From Hyperthermus butylicus DSM 5456 (lineage in GTDB: Archaea > Thermoproteota > Thermoprotei_A > Sulfolobales > Pyrodictiaceae): a DNA stretch of 32,000 nucleotides. The position numbers and the translations under genes are program-made. Position 1 is the first letter of the stretch. The number at the start of each line of letters is the position of its first letter. Location: contig NC_008818.1 of assembly GCF_000015145.1 (NCBI RefSeq), positions 1,140,001-1,172,000 on the forward strand, given 5' to 3'. Below, in pieces: positions 30,552 through 32,000 of the stretch. Under the pieces are notes generated by a model. The model did no database searches, had not been told where the DNA came from, and was given only the letters and a program-made list of their open reading frames with translations.

Positions 30552-31082
30552 TTGATACTCTCAGACCGCGACATAGCATGGTACATCGAGAAGGGCCTCC
30601 TCCGGATAGACCCACTACTAGACGACACGATAAGGGAGAACGGCGTGGACCTGCGCCTGGATAGCGAGTTCTGCCGCTTCAACCCAGACGCCCCCGAGCT
30701 AGACACGAGAAAACCATTCAACAGGGAAATCTACTACAACTGCGTGAAGGTAGACCCCGAGCAGGGCTTCACAGTAAAACCCTACGAGCACGTACTAGCC
30801 ACCACAATGGAGACAGTCTGCCTACCCGACGACCTCGTAGGCCTAGTAAACGTGAGAAGCACCTTCGCCAGATACGGCATATTCGTCCCCCCAACCGTAA
30901 TAGACGCCGGGTTCTGCGGACAGATAACAATCGAGATCATAGGCTCCGCCTACCCCGTAAGACTATACCCGGGCCAACGCTTCCTCCACGTAGTCTTCGT
31001 CCGCACAACAAGCCCAGTAGCAAACCCCTACCACGGCAAATACCAGGGACAAAGAGGCGTAACACCACCACGACCAGACTAG
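30552..31082 (+). CDS. dcd: dCTP deaminase
   Basis: MILSDRDIAWYIEKGLLRIDPL, ENGVDLRLDSEF, VNVRSTFARYGIFVPPTVIDAGFCGQITIEI, KYQGQRGVTPPR. Confidence 0.92.
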   Translation: MILSDRDIAWYIEKGLLRIDPLLDDTIRENGVDLRLDSEFCRFNPDAPELDTRKPFNREIYYNCVKVDPEQGFTVKPYEHVLATTMETVCLPDDLVGLVNVRSTFARYGIFVPPTVIDAGFCGQITIEIIGSAYPVRLYPGQRFLHVVFVRTTSPVANPYHGKYQGQRGVTPPRPD

Positions 31083-31412
31083 ACAAAGCGAAGCTTCGAA
31101 ACAATCCCATACATAATGCCTAGCTGATTTCCCGCAATTACACTCAGTTTTGCAAATCGCAGGCACAAACATGATCAAATATGCTAAGCTCATCGAAAGA
31201 ATTATACTAGCTACTCACCCTGCTAGCTTGCCTAGTAACAACCCTAACTCTCCCCTAGCTAGCTATACACAGTCTCGCCTGCTCGTGAATCTGCACTGAA
31301 GCACTCACAGTCCCACCTAGACACTAACGACGCGACAGAGGACCTCGCACCAACACTGCAACCCAAATAACCCCCACCCAAACACGATACAACAATACAA
31401 CACGGCCAGACG

Positions 31413-31524
31413 GGGCCGTCGTCTAGCCTGGCAGGATGCCAGCCTGGGGACGCACCCCGCCGCCCGAAAGGGCGGGCGCCAGAGCGCTGGTGGTCCCGGG
31501 TTCAAATCCCGGCGGCCCCACCAT
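31413..31524 (+). tRNA. tRNA-Pro (GGG) with 35-nt intron, CCA encoded
   Basis: Acceptor GGGGCCG/CGGCCCC, anticodon stem CCAGC/GCTGG, loop CTGGGG|C, T arm CCGGG-TTCAAAT-CCCGG, A, CCA. Intron 31451..31485 defined by a bulge-helix-bulge: central CUGG:CCAG, bulges GG^A and AG^C, inner CGC:GCG. Confidence 0.93.
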
Positions 31525-31796
31525 TACTTCTCCCTAATCGCGTCCTGGCTGGCCATTGCTGCTCCCATTTTGGATGCTGAGCGTGTCTCTGCTTCTGGGT
31601 TGTGGCACGAGGGTGCTTGGCGGGTGTAGGAAGCGTGATGGTATTGCTTTGAGCCCTTGTTTGCACGGGGCTGTTTCCATGTCCTCGTCGGGGATTTCGA
31701 CTATGTCTAACTTGCTGCGCCTACGCGATTGGTGCTGGCGGGCATAGGGGTTTCGGAACTCTTTTTCGAACAGGGAAACAGCTACTACGTAGAAGT

Positions 31797-31805
31797 CTTT
31801 TTAAA
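31797..31805 (+). promoter_or_regulatory. Candidate archaeal TATA box upstream of the superoxide reductase gene
   Basis: CTTTTTAAA, about 40 nt upstream of the probable TTG start at 31843; compatible with a short or near-leaderless 5' UTR. Confidence 0.5.
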
Positions 31806-31842
31806 CAAGTGTTAAGTATTGGTAGGGTATGGTGAGGGGTTC

Positions 31843-32000
31843 TTGGCTGTCAAGCCTTTCGGGGAGATCATATATTCTCAGGAGAGGGCTAGCGGCGAGG
31901 CCATAAGCAAGGTTGAGACTCATACCCCGAGGATTGAAGCGCCTGACACTGTGAAGGCTGGTGAGCCTTTCCAGGTTCGGATAAGGGTTGGCCCGCATCC
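31843..32000 (+). CDS. Superoxide reductase (neelaredoxin/desulfoferrodoxin family), partial at window end
   Basis: Absent from ORF track (edge-truncated). In-frame from TTG at 31843: MAVKPFGEIIYSQERASGEAISKVETHTPRIEAPDTVKAGEPFQVRIRVGPHP, matching the SOR N-terminus pattern. Confidence 0.85.
   Translation, partial: MAVKPFGEIIYSQERASGEAISKVETHTPRIEAPDTVKAGEPFQVRIRVGPH

Noticed and set aside
31317-31505. Minus-strand ORF MNPGPPALWRPPF
   Set aside because: Antisense of tRNA-Pro and its intron; no protein-like signal.

Overview
Dense archaeal chromosomal segment. Gene content (Cren7, PAN, TFE, HflX, TmcA, Trm56, Taw3, intron-containing tRNAs with encoded CCA) suggests a hyperthermophilic crenarchaeon of the Desulfurococcales/Pyrodictiaceae type; this placement is inference only. 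Supported content: four tRNA genes (Asn, CAU-anticodon Met/Ile2, Trp with a 55-nt intron, Pro with a 35-nt intron); S-adenosylhomocysteinase; a solitary C5 DNA methyltransferase; a TFE/Trm56/HflX gene string; MBF1; PAN; a YkgJ-like/metallopeptidase/PhoH-KH cluster; Taw3; five consecutive same-strand CBS-domain genes (about 18 CBS repeats); a Mut7-C protein; a VTT/DedA-like protein; TmcA; an M42 peptidase; a biotin-dependent acyl-CoA carboxylase module with biotin ligase; dCTP deaminase; and the start of a superoxide reductase. The supplied ORF track misses two edge-truncated CDSs (1..1491 minus and 31843..32000 plus). No CRISPR array, transposase or rRNA was seen. The most interesting items are the five-gene CBS array with no effector domain, three loci where the apparent protein needs a one-nucleotide frame change of the same polarity, two tRNA genes with a 33-nt identical 3' part flanking a small HTH gene, a superoxide reductase with Thr at the usual catalytic Lys position, and a PAN with a degenerate HbYX tail. 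I did not find a convincing new defence or mobile system.
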